A stretch of 64,000 nucleotides of DNA from Gekko japonicus (lineage: Eukaryota): NCBI RefSeq assembly GCF_001447785.1, contig NW_015168111.1, forward strand, positions 1-64,000, given 5' to 3'. The notes below the pieces were generated by a model, which was not told the origin of the DNA, made no database searches, and worked only from the letters and a program-made list of their open reading frames with translations. The position numbers and the translations under genes are program-made. Numbering within the stretch: the first letter of the stretch is position 1; each line of letters begins with the position of its first letter. Positions 37,210 to 48,503 of this stretch are shown here, one piece after another.

Positions 37210-37870
37210 TATTATTATTTTAGAAAACAAAGTAGTGGTATAAAGGGGATACAGAAAGGGAAAGGGGATTATAAAACACAATTATGTATATCAGAAATAA
37301 TTATATATCACAGAGCATATAAGACAGAAAACATTTTTCCCCCAAGACCCCCTTCATTATAGTTTTTTAAAGACACTTGCTATAAAATACAATGGTACTT
37401 CTGTTGGGGTATATTTATATTCAGCATTTTACAGAGCAATCCTGGCAGTGTGGCTGAAAGCACTCTGGGAGCTGAGTAGCCCCTACATCAGTGTAAATCC
37501 CATTTACGCCGATGTAAATGACACAATGGTGCAGGCCCCCAGCGGTGCCCTGTCACACACGGGTGCCAGCAATGGGCCACAGTGGCCACCTGTTGGTGCA
37601 ACTGAGATATAGGCCCTTGCACTGTCTTGGTTGTGGGCAGTTCTGGGGGTGTGGCCAGAGTTAGTCGGCTCCCTGAGCCCTTTCACCTGGGAATGTGCTG
37701 GCCCCACTGGTCATTGCCATCTGCAGGGGCAGATTAACCATTAAGCAGACTAAGCAAGTGCTTAGGGCACCAAGGCCAAAGGGGGCACCGCAAAGTTGGG
37801 AAAAGGGTGAAAAGCTTAGTTTGTACAGTATATTGTGTTATCATATGAATAAATTTTTGTATTGCTGCAA
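34477..37870. repeat. ~1.5-kb direct repeat (34477-35960 / 36323-37870) between convergent OR-4 and OR-5
   Basis: Collinear high identity; (CT)n microsatellite in each copy; copy 2 has an extra ~100-bp internal duplication (~36530-36720). Confidence 0.9.
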
Positions 37871-38911
37871 CTTGTATTGTATATCTGGTCAGACAGGTCA
37901 ACAACTAAAGTGGACTGGGTCAGTGTGGAAAGGAGGGGGGCACCAAGATTGGTCAGTGCTTAGGGCACCAGTGAGCCTTAATCCTCCCCTGGCCATCTTC
38001 CATACATTGCAGGGACCCAGGTGCAAGAACAGGTTCCCTCGCTCACCTAGCAGGCTTCTGTGTGATAAGGGAGGGGCCAGAGGGTGGTCTGGCTGAATAA
38101 GGCAGCTTATCATGGTGGTTAGAGCATGAGTCTGGGCGTGGGAGACCAAGATTCCATTCCCCACTTGCATCATGGAAGCTAGGTGGGTGGCCTTGGGCCA
38201 GATGCACACCCTCAGCTTGACCAACCTCACGGGGCTGTTGTGAGCATGAAACCAAGAAGAGGGGAATGATGCCAGCCACAAGTGCCAGCTCATAAAAGGA
38301 GTGAATGGATGAGGTGCCAAACTGTGTGTCTGCTCCAGGAAGGGGGTCCTCTGGCACCCAAGGGGGGAAGGCATCTGTGCAAGTAGCACTGAGGGGGCAG
38401 GGGATCATGGGGTTCCATGAGTCAATGGCAGGGGAGAGCCATTGCAGCAGGCAGACTCAAAGTGTTTGGGGGTTGTGGCTGGGGGGCTTGGCCATGCGAC
38501 CACATGCCTGTCATCACTGTGGGTCTCTGCGGGGGGGGGCAGGAGAGGAGAATCTCAGAATCACAAATGCCGACCTTGATATGTTTGTGCATTATTTCAG
38601 ATGATACTGTACAATACAAAATGCTGGAAAACAGACATGTTAAAACCCTTTTTTTAAAAAAAAAACTAGTAGAAGAATAAATGGTCAAATATTTGACAGA
38701 TTCAATTTATGGCTGTAACTATGAACCTTAAGAGTTTAAAAAAACACTTTATATAGTCCAGCAAACTTTTCAGAAATAAGTTTTCAAGGATTTGTAAACA
38801 CATAAAGCTATCTAGACAAAGACTGCAGCAATTATGAAGTGCTGCTACCTAAGCACTGTACGCTTAGGAGATTGGTCAGAGGAGGTGAGGTTTAGATTAG
38901 ACGATCTAAAG

Positions 38912-39317
38912 CAGGGGTGTCAAACATGCAGCCTCGGGGGCAGATCAGGCCCCCAGTGGAACTGGCTGTCATCTGCTTCTTCTTCCAGTTCTGCTGCATC
39001 ATTGTAGGTTTGCAGCTTAGAGAGACACACCTGAACAGCATACTCAAGATTGCAACAGCACAGGCATTTTGATGCAATAATTCAGAGCAAGAGGTGTCAG
39101 TTATCAGACACTGTTCAATAAACAAAATATCGCAAGACTGCTAATGTTTTAAGCATGTTTTTATTTTAAGTAAAAAAAAAACCTTTGTGTTTTCATCCTT
39201 TATAAAGTTTATATCTCCGCTGCCTGGAGTTACTTTTTATGACGCACATGGCTCGGCCCAACAAGGTCTCATTTATGTCAGATCTGGCCCTCATAACAAA
39301 TGAGTTCAACACCCCTG
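38912..39317. mobile_element. hAT-type MITE
   Basis: TIRs caggggtgtcaaac / gttcaacacccctg; perfect 8-bp TSD atctaaag. Confidence 0.92.
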
Positions 39318-39702
39318 ATCTAAAGGCACACAGATCTGGTTCATATAGTCAGCAACTAATCTTTACATCATTAAACGAGCTATCTAAGCAGGTAGCTCTT
39401 CAGAATCCTACTCAAGTCATTTTCTGAGAATCCTAGGATCGTACTGTAAGTGGTGACTGGCATGTCTGAATGATCGATTCTACTAGAGTTCAAAGATTCA
39501 GCTGCAAGTTACTGTGCTGAATTATTAACAGTTCAGTCCTAAAGACAGTTATACTAAGTTCAATGGACAGCTATTCTCAAGTTCAGTGGACTTAGAAGGG
39601 TGTGACTCTGCTTTAGATTGCATTGTAAGATCTGGAAGTGGATTAATGGGCCAATCTTTAGACTTTCCAAACAAAAGTCTAATTCAGAGAATCCCGACAA
39701 AT

Positions 39703-40650
39703 TCACCTTTCCAAAATGATATTTTTCCTTTGTATTATTTTAGTCAGGGCTGCTTTTACATCCTTGTTTCTTAAGCTGTATATGAGAGGGTTGAGCATGG
39801 GTGTGACTACTGCATACAAGAAAGAAAGGATCTTGTCCCGGTGGGGAAGAGTCTCAGCTTTAGGAGTTATGTAAGCAAGCATCACCGTGCCATAGCAGAG
39901 GGTGACCACAGTCAGGTGAGAGGTGCACGTGGAGAAGGCTTTGTGCCGGCCTTCTGCAGAGCGGATGCGCACAATGGCACTGATTATATACACATAGGAG
40001 AGCATTATAAAAGTACAGGGGGTTAACAGGACAAGGACCCATGACACTGTAAGTCCAATCTCATTAACAAAAGTATCCGAACAAGCCAGATTGATGACAG
40101 CAAGGAGTTCACAAACAAAATGGTTGATGATGTTGTAGTTACAGAAGTGAAGGCGCATAGTGAATGTAGTATGCACAACAGCATTGATAAAGCCAGAGAT
40201 CCAGGAAGCCATCATCATGTGGATACACACCCTTCTACTCATGATGATCTTGTATCGCAAAGGATGGCAGACAGCCACATATCTGTCATAGGCCATGAAT
40301 GCTAACAGAATGTATTCAACACTACCCAGGAATAAAGCAATATAAAGCTGTGCCATGCACCGGTTGAAATAGATGTTTTTTTTATTCATCAGGAAATGGG
40401 CCAGCAACTGTGGAACCACACTAGTCGTGTAGCCAATGTCCAATATGGACAGATTGCACAGGAAGAAGTACATGGGTGTGTTGAGTCGTGGATCAATGCA
40501 GATGGCCACAATAATGAGAGTGTTCCCCACCAGGGTGATGAGGTACATACAAAGGACTACTGTAAAGAGGAACACATTGGTGCCTCGCTCTTTGGAGAAT
40601 CCCAGAAGAATGAATTCTGTGATACCTGTCTGATTGTCTTGTCCAACCAT
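39703..40650 (-). CDS. Olfactory receptor, class II (OR-5), intact, 315 aa
   Basis: LNTPMYFFLCNLS, MAYDRYVAVCHPLRY, KAFSTCTSHL, PMLNPLIYSLRNKDV; NQT sequon; upstream acceptor tttcttcccctcag. Confidence 0.96.
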   Translation of the reverse strand: MVGQDNQTGITEFILLGFSKERGTNVFLFTVVLCMYLITLVGNTLIIVAICIDPRLNTPMYFFLCNLSILDIGYTTSVVPQLLAHFLMNKKNIYFNRCMAQLYIALFLGSVEYILLAFMAYDRYVAVCHPLRYKIIMSRRVCIHMMMASWISGFINAVVHTTFTMRLHFCNYNIINHFVCELLAVINLACSDTFVNEIGLTVSWVLVLLTPCTFIMLSYVYIISAIVRIRSAEGRHKAFSTCTSHLTVVTLCYGTVMLAYITPKAETLPHRDKILSFLYAVVTPMLNPLIYSLRNKDVKAALTKIIQRKNIILER

Positions 40651-43600
40651 CTCGATAATGACTGAGCTGAGGGGAAGAAATCAGAATTGGAGAGTGAGGT
40701 GTGGCTTACATTTTCCAATGCCCCCTTTCTTCCCATCTAGAAACTATGGAACAGTACAGAGGTGACATTTGATGATTGTCTTTTTCACCACTATTGGGCT
40801 CTTTTCAAAGGCAGACATTGTGCTGAACATTCCCATGATCACTACCAACAAGGAGGCTGTGAGCTGCAATGGGCGGTGATTGCACAACCCTGATAATTAT
40901 CCATTTGTGAACATGCCGTAGTCCCACTCTCTGAATTTTCTAGCTCATATTGAACATTGCATTTAGTCATCAGCCAGATTTATATTTTTTTCAGGTTATT
41001 GATAGTCCACTTTTCTCACTGAGATTTAAAGGGGATTACAGTGTTAAATCAATACAATCAATAGGATGGGTCAGTCAATGAGTGATGTAATAAAATCAAG
41101 ATTGCAGAAACTTAAAAGCCCCCAGTAAGTGCATGCTGAAATGTGGTCTGGTGCTGTGTTTGCTGCCAGTGGTCTAGATAGGGATGCCGGCCTCCAAATA
41201 GGACCTGAGAATCTCTTAGAATTATAGCTCATCTCCAAGCTACAGAGATCAGTTCCCCTGGAGAAAATGGATGCTTTGGAGGGTAGACTCCACTGTATCC
41301 CACTGAGGTCCCAGTCCTCTCCAGGACCCAACCCAAATCTCCAGACATTTCCCAGCCAGGATCTGGAAACCCTACCCCCCCCCCCAACACACACACCCTG
41401 GCCATTGCTGGGAGGGACCTGACAACCCTAGGTCCCGTCTCCTTCTCATCCTTACCTGTTCTTTAAATGTCACTTAAGGCTTAGCTCATTGCTGTCTGCT
41501 CATATATACAGCAACATTCACATCATTTCAATACATTAACCCCAATTTCCAAGATCAGCATTAAGATTAATAGCTACTAATTAAAGAGACAAATGATAAT
41601 AGAATATATAGGACAATGCTAAAAAATGTCAGACTTCAAATCTCATTTACATGTTTTGCAAGGTTTGTAATAAGGGATAAATATAGGGCATGTTTACCTA
41701 CTAATCACTATAACATCTTTTAGGATTTTTCCTGTATTCTGTGGATCCTCAAGGATAGATATTCTGTACATTTATAATCAGTGATAGTCTTGATCAAGAG
41801 GTAAGAGCTGTGATGACTTTTCCATGATACTGAATTTTCAGCATTTTCACCATTTTCTCTGTACAATTTTAAACGCATGTGTGAAGAAATGCATCTCCCC
41901 CCTTTTGGAGGTTTGAAATGTACAAAACCGTCCCCTCCCCCCGTAGAGAACAGGCAGGGAGGAGGAAGTCAGTCAATGGCTTTCCAGGCTCATCTCAGCT
42001 ACCTCTTAAGAAATGCTAATAGGTTGATGTGGTCTGGCCTACCTTTTTTTTGCAGTCAAGGCCATGGTAGTCTGTGGCTGTATTCCAGTGAGAAGTTTGT
42101 AGGCTACAGTTGTGTTTCTGTTACACACTAGCAGAGTTGTGATGTTATTGCCAGAGATCATTTGGAGAAATTTGATGTCAGGAGTTACTCTCTCGCATAT
42201 TCATTATAGGTAGAACATAAATATTTTGTCGTATAACAGCCTATAGTTCTTTTGGTCCTGGTTTTGCCTTTCTTTCTTGGTGCTGATTCTGCCTTTCTAC
42301 AGGGATTGAATCATCAATTTTAGTGCTTAGTTTTAGGGTCTCCCCCTATATATAGAAAAAAAAGAAGAAAAAGTCTTTGCAGCAAGGAGGAGGGCTCTTT
42401 TGTGCTGAGTTCATCAGAGAAGACAGAATTCTTAACTGAGGTCTGGAAGAGGCAGCCATTTAACCATGTGCTGTCCTGGAGAGCTGGAGGAAGCTTTAAG
42501 GTAATTGGACTCTTTAGAGATCTGTAAGTTCCTAAAGCTAAAGAGCTTGTCCTATATTTTAATATCTGATAAAGCATGTATAGAAAGAGGGGCAGAGGAA
42601 CTGTGTTTTACCCATTTTTTAAAATCCCTTACTCAATCTGGTGCTGTGCTAAAAGTATGTTTGTGAACATTTTCTTTTTAATAAATACTTTATAACTTTT
42701 GATGCTGGTAGTGGTTCTCTGTGCCACATAAACCTCCACCATTTTGGACACACTATTTTAAAAGGAGTGCCAGTGGGAAGACTGGTTGGCAAGTGGCTAT
42801 TCCTCCAGGGGAGCACAAGGCAGTAAACTGTCCCTGTGGTGATCAGGCACTGGGCAGTGGGAGACACAGAGGCAAGGCCTCAAAACTTGGAAGGGAATCT
42901 GGGAGTTCTGACCCTCTTGGTGGGCAATTCCTACAAAGGTCAGGCGGTGGCAGCAGGTTACCTGAGAGAGAAGGATAAGTTTTATGGGCTTCACAAGTCA
43001 ATTTCCCCTCTGCTTTCTTCTTTTTTCTTCCTCTTCATACTCAACTACCCTGAACCTTCTAGACCTCCCTGATCATGTTCATTGGGTCAGTGGGGTTTTT
43101 GTTTTAATTAAATTGCAAAGCCATGAGTTGGATCCAGACAGGGTTTGTTTGTTTGCTGTTGAGAACGGGAGGGACCACCCCAAAAGATTACACTGGGACT
43201 TGCATGGACAAGAGCCATGTGGGATGGTGCTTTGGTAAGGAGGAGAACTGTATAAGATGGAATGAAAAAAGAGAAACCCTGGTTGGATCCATATTCATTT
43301 GTATACCAGATAAGACCTGAGACTAGCAGTTTTTGCTGCCTTTCTGATAGACATTTCAGTATGAATTTATTGACAAAGGGAGTGATGCTGTCCATATTTT
43401 CCTAACTATTGAGCATCTATTACCTATACACCTCCAATATGGTAGCTTATTTAATTTAAAGGAGGAGATGCTTATAATGGGACAGCCATTCCATGTTTGT
43501 CTATATCCATAGGTTGCAATAAAGTATTCGCTTCCAACATACCTTTTCAGCCTTCCATAGGGAAGATGAAGATTCCATATTCTGCTACATCTTTTGTCTT

Positions 43601-45913
43601 CACTGTACTCCTTTGCCGTTTGCATATATTTTCCAAGGTGTGTCCCTCACGGGATATATGTCCTTCGTGATCTATTGTGTATGTTAATTAATGAAATTGT
43701 TTTTGCAGTTGCAGCACATGGGACTAAATTATTTAGGTCCTTCAAAACAATACTTATGATGTTACTTTTTTTTTAGCAGTATGATTATATGGGAATTAAA
43801 AAGTGCAGTAAAACACATACCCTTGATGAGAAGAAATTAAATAACTCAAACTAGAAAGGCAATGAACCTCAAATGTGACAATTCCATAAAACTACACAAT
43901 GTGTATACTTGAGTATGGTAGTGACTGAAAGTAGTAGCAAGTGGTTTGTTTGGGGTATAAGGAATGCTGAACCCTGAAGAGGAAAGCACAACTTAAAAGT
44001 AGCCCCTGTTGCCCTTTCAGAGCCCCAGAAAAGTGCAAACAGGTGTCATGCAATGTTATAGAACTCTCCCCCACCTACTCAATAGCTGGCTGGATTTCTG
44101 AAAATGTAACACAAGCTACTCAAGCTGAGAGATAAAATCAGAAGCTAGAGCTTTATGGCCTGGTAGGCAGGATTAGCCTTTGTGATCAACTGACTGAGTT
44201 CTTAGGCAGAACTGATGGTGCAGCCTAGATAGCAACTTATAGCACCTTCAGAGCGCAATCTAGTAAGCTTACATTGAAAACAGAGTGCAGGTGGTATGGG
44301 TAGGGTTGTTATTTCCAAGAAAAGAGAGGGGAACTCCACCACCACCCCCATTGCTTGCCCTTGTTTGGGTAAGTAATGGGGGAATGTGGGGGCCAGATCA
44401 GCATCCCACAACACCATGATATCATTTCTGTTAGCCAAGTGGTGCAGTGGAAGAGTGCTGGACCCATAACCCTGTAAGCAGAGTTTAAATATACAAGGAA
44501 GTGGAGGACTGACTGTTTAGAGAAAAATAAGTGGGTTTATTAAAGAAGAACAAACTTTGATAGAGCATAGAAGAGACAGAGAGAGTTAACTATCTAACTT
44601 AACTTCTGTGAGAGGAACAAGAGCAACAGGAAGCTCTCCAGGAGCAGGAAGTTTCCAGAAGAGCCAATCAGGAGACAGAAAGGACACAGTTTGAAAAAGT
44701 AGGAAGTCCCTAGTCTAGCTATGCTAGCTACAAGTCCTTCAGCTGACCCCCTGTAGGATGATCTTCAGATCTTCTTCATAAGGCTGAACTATGAATCTTG
44801 AATATTCACAGAACCAGAAGTCACATCACCATATCAATGGATGCTTTAGTGTTCACCCCAAATTCTATGGTTTGACCAAAGATTTTCAAGTGAATCTTGA
44901 GAGTATCTGGCAACATAGTGATGTTACATCCAGTTGCATGGCTGGAAATACCATCATGCCCCTCAGGGGTTAATAACCCTGGTACAGGTAGCAAGGTGAA
45001 GGAGCATAACAGCTGAAAGCTGTTGTTCAAGGTATACACCCTACAGCTATCAAAGGTCTTATACATAAGGGATTCAGAACAAGGCTCTTGCTGAATCTCA
45101 TGGACATACTAATTCAGTTTGAAAGTTTCAGTTTCTGTTATGATTTCTCCCACACAGATGATAAATCTTGGGTTGGATCCAGCTAGCTTTTTGTTGTTTT
45201 TGTTTTAATCTTGTCTAGTTCCCCTCTTATTACTGCCTCTATCTCACATAGCTTTTGTCCTGCTGTTGTGTCACCAATTCCACATCATCCCTCTGCATAG
45301 CATGCTGCTCCCATCCTCCTTTCACGCCAACTCAGGTTTGACCATCCACATCATTTTAATGCCATCTAGTGGTGACCACAAGGTCACAATGGCATTTCCC
45401 CGAGCTTTCTGGATTTTGTTTTGCCCCGGGCCATTTGATACTCCCCACCACTGATCCGCCATGAACTATAAGCAGACAATTTGATGTGGATTGTTTGTGT
45501 TCCTTCTCTCCCCCCCCCCAATTAGGTGTGATCATCCACCAGGTGGCAGTCCTATGTTCTTAATTTTCTGCAAGATGTGCACCCTCCTCCACTTCTCCCC
45601 CTTTTCCCTTTTATTCCCTCCATAGGGAAGGGGGGAGAGCCCCTCACACTGGCAACCACCAGCTCTGCAAATGCATGGAGGTGGAGCAGGATCCCACCCC
45701 CCTTTCCACTTTTTAATATTTCTCTTCAACGAGGAAAGGGGGGAGGAACCCCTTGGGCAGGCGGGCAGTCTCTTTCAGTGGAGGCACTGATGGGCACAGG
45801 ACTCCATCTCCCCTTCTACCTTTTATTTCTCTCCAGAGAGGAAGGGGGAGAAGCCCCTTGGGTGGGCAGGCAGTCTCTTTTCACTGGAGGTGCTGACAGG
45901 GGGCACAGGATGG

Positions 45914-46769
45914 TGTCAAGGATGGTCTGATGCAGAAGGCAAGCTTTTACCACAAGCCAAATTGGAGCCAGCACCACAGCAGACTGAAACTGGATTAGGA
46001 ACAATATGCAGAAAGGGCCAGTCTTAGGGGGAAGACAGTGATTCTGGCAAATAAGTATCAGAAACTCCCCTATTCAAGGAGTGGAAGTGATTCTGGCAAA
46101 TATGTATCAGAAACTCCCCTATTCAAGGAGTGGAAGGAATCTCCTTGTCTGAAAACCAAAACAAAAACACTACTTGAGTGGAGAATTAGTCACTCTCAAT
46201 ATGGATGCTTATTAACCAATTTACAGAGACTGTCCTTCTGGCAGATAGGGGGTTGACAAAAGGTTTGAGGAGGCATGGAGGTCCCTCAGGCAAGTCAAAA
46301 GAGGTTATTGCTCTTAAGGAGAAGATAACAGCAATCTGGCCAGAGGAAAAGGGGCAGATAGGAAAACCCCTGGTCTATAAACATAGGGTTAAATCATAAT
46401 AAAACCTCAGGTTTGTGTGATCATCCAGTAACAAGTTCAAAAGTAGACAGTCTATTAATATCTGTAACAGCATTAAATCAGTAAACTATCACTAACAACA
46501 TCAAACCAAAGTAAACCAGGAAAAATAACTCTCTGAATATCTCTAGTGTTGTATAAAAGCAGTTTGGTATATATATTTTTAAACCTCTCTCTACCAATCC
46601 TAACCAAAACTCACCTGTAAATATAATTTCCATCCCCTGCCTGTTTGTTCAAATAAATTTGACTTCTGTTTCAATTTTAAGTGTGCCTAGGTGAGCATTT
46701 CTGAAGGAAAATTCCTAGTACAACAAACCCTCCTCAAGCACAGTTCCTTAGGTGGGGTAGGAACTGACA
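45914..46769 (+). mobile_element. Solo LTR-like element
   Basis: TGTCA...TGACA termini, TATAAA ~46376, AATAAA ~46652, 49-bp internal tandem repeat 46037-46135; flanks show no TSD. Confidence 0.6.
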
Positions 46770-47253
46770 AAGTATCCAACAGTAAAAAGGTGGGACAACG
46801 GCATAATAATAAAATTTATTTACCATGTAAGAAGAGTGACATGCTACCTAAAGGCTACCCAGAACATACCGGGAATGGAAATTCATAGGGGAAGTGGAGG
46901 GGAAATCTGAGGCAATACAAGGGCGAATGTTTGATGGGAGTGCCCATTTGGTACAGCTACCTGGATGTTTTTATTATGTATTCTAAGCTACCTTGAGTCA
47001 TGGGGAAATGTGTAGTATTAGAGAAAAACCCTAAGCATCATTCATAAAAGAACATATTTCCTACTGGAATCCTTGGCCTTGATGTGATCAGCAGCTGGAT
47101 CTTTGCAAATCTGCAACACCTGCATAGGAATCAAATTAGGAAAGGATGCAGCAAAATACTATTAACAATACATGTTTTCCTATCCAATCACCACATATTT
47201 GCCCACAAGAAGTGAGAAAAAAGGATAGAGATTTCAGTATTGACCATTTTATA

Positions 47254-48234
47254 CTATTCTAAAGACAAAGATTTGAATTTCTGGGGTCTTATGCCATGAA
47301 TGAGTTTACCAATAGATTTCCTAAGAGCCTCTTTCACCTCTCTGTTCCTCAGGCTGTATATGAGGGGATTGATTAAGGGTGTAAGGATGGTGTAAAAAAC
47401 AGAGAACACTTTGTTTAGCTTCCGTATATTTTCAGTATTTGGGAGCACATAGACAGTGATTAGAGTCCCATAATAGATTGTAACCACAAGAAGGTGAGAA
47501 GAGCATGTGGAGAAGGCCTTTTTCCTGCCAGTGGTTGATGGGATCCTCAAGATGGCAATGATGATAAACATGTATGATGTGAGAGTCAATAAAAAGGGAG
47601 GCAGGGTAAATATGGTTGAGAATATGAATCCCATCAGTTCAAATCTTTGTGCTTCACTGCAGGAGATTCTCGCTACAGGGGTAAGGTCACAAAAGAAATG
47701 GTCAATTTCGTTGGGGACACAGAAGGGCAACCTTGTCATCAGATACATCATTACTGACATTGCCAGAAACCCATTAAGCCATGACCCACTTGCCATGAAA
47801 AGACAAGCCTTCATATTCATCAAGGTTGAATAATGTAATGGTTTGCATATTGCTGTGTACCTGTCGTAAGACATCATGGCTAGGAGGCCACATTCTGTAA
47901 CTACAAGTGCAGCAAAGAAATAGAATTGGGCAATGCAGCCAGGAATAGAAATGGCTTTCTCCCCAGTCAGGAAGATGACAATAACTTTGGGCAAGATGGT
48001 TGATGTGTAGAACGTCTCCAAGCAGGACAGGTTCCCAAGGAAAAAGTACATGGGTGTGTGAAGATTAGGGTTTAATACAACTAATGCTATGATGAGAATG
48101 TTCCCAACCATGGTAAAGATATATATCACTAGAAACAGCAGAAAAAGAACCATGTCTAGATGCTGAAGATCACCAAATCCTAGAAGAATTAATTCTATAA
48201 CGATGGTTTGATTTGTCCCATCTCCAATGGCCAT
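47254..48234 (-). CDS. Olfactory receptor, class II (OR-6), intact, 326 aa
   Basis: LHTPMYFFLGNLS, MSYDRYTAICKPLHY, KAFSTCSSHL, PLINPLIYSLRN; acceptor tttcttttctctag just upstream. Confidence 0.96.
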   Translation of the reverse strand: MAIGDGTNQTIVIELILLGFGDLQHLDMVLFLLFLVIYIFTMVGNILIIALVVLNPNLHTPMYFFLGNLSCLETFYTSTILPKVIVIFLTGEKAISIPGCIAQFYFFAALVVTECGLLAMMSYDRYTAICKPLHYSTLMNMKACLFMASGSWLNGFLAMSVMMYLMTRLPFCVPNEIDHFFCDLTPVARISCSEAQRFELMGFIFSTIFTLPPFLLTLTSYMFIIIAILRIPSTTGRKKAFSTCSSHLLVVTIYYGTLITVYVLPNTENIRKLNKVFSVFYTILTPLINPLIYSLRNREVKEALRKSIGKLIHGIRPQKFKSLSLE

Positions 48235-48503
48235 TTTTTTTTGTTTTCTTTCTAGAGAAAAGAAATACCAAGCAAGTCACATCAACTACCACATAAAGCA
48301 TGGGTGTTAATTTCGTACACAGTAATGTTGCTGATATTGGCATCCACTCTTTTTTCTTGGTCTGCCTTTAAATGGATGCTCTATGAGACAGGAGGCAGCC
48401 ATGTCAGTGCTGTCTGTTTTCACAAGACCAGGATACCGACATCTACAGAACTGAGTTTGTCTCTGAAAAACGCCACTGTCAATTTTTAGCCACTCAACTA
48501 TAG

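Noticed and set aside
42230-45150. Further LTR-like blocks (~42230-43191 and ~44429-45150)
   Set aside because: Composition and polyA signals are suggestive, but termini and TSDs could not be fixed.
1250-47833. Similar antisense ORFs over ORs (1250, 10123, 47507)
   Set aside because: Shadow frames of paralogous OR codons; no independent coding evidence.
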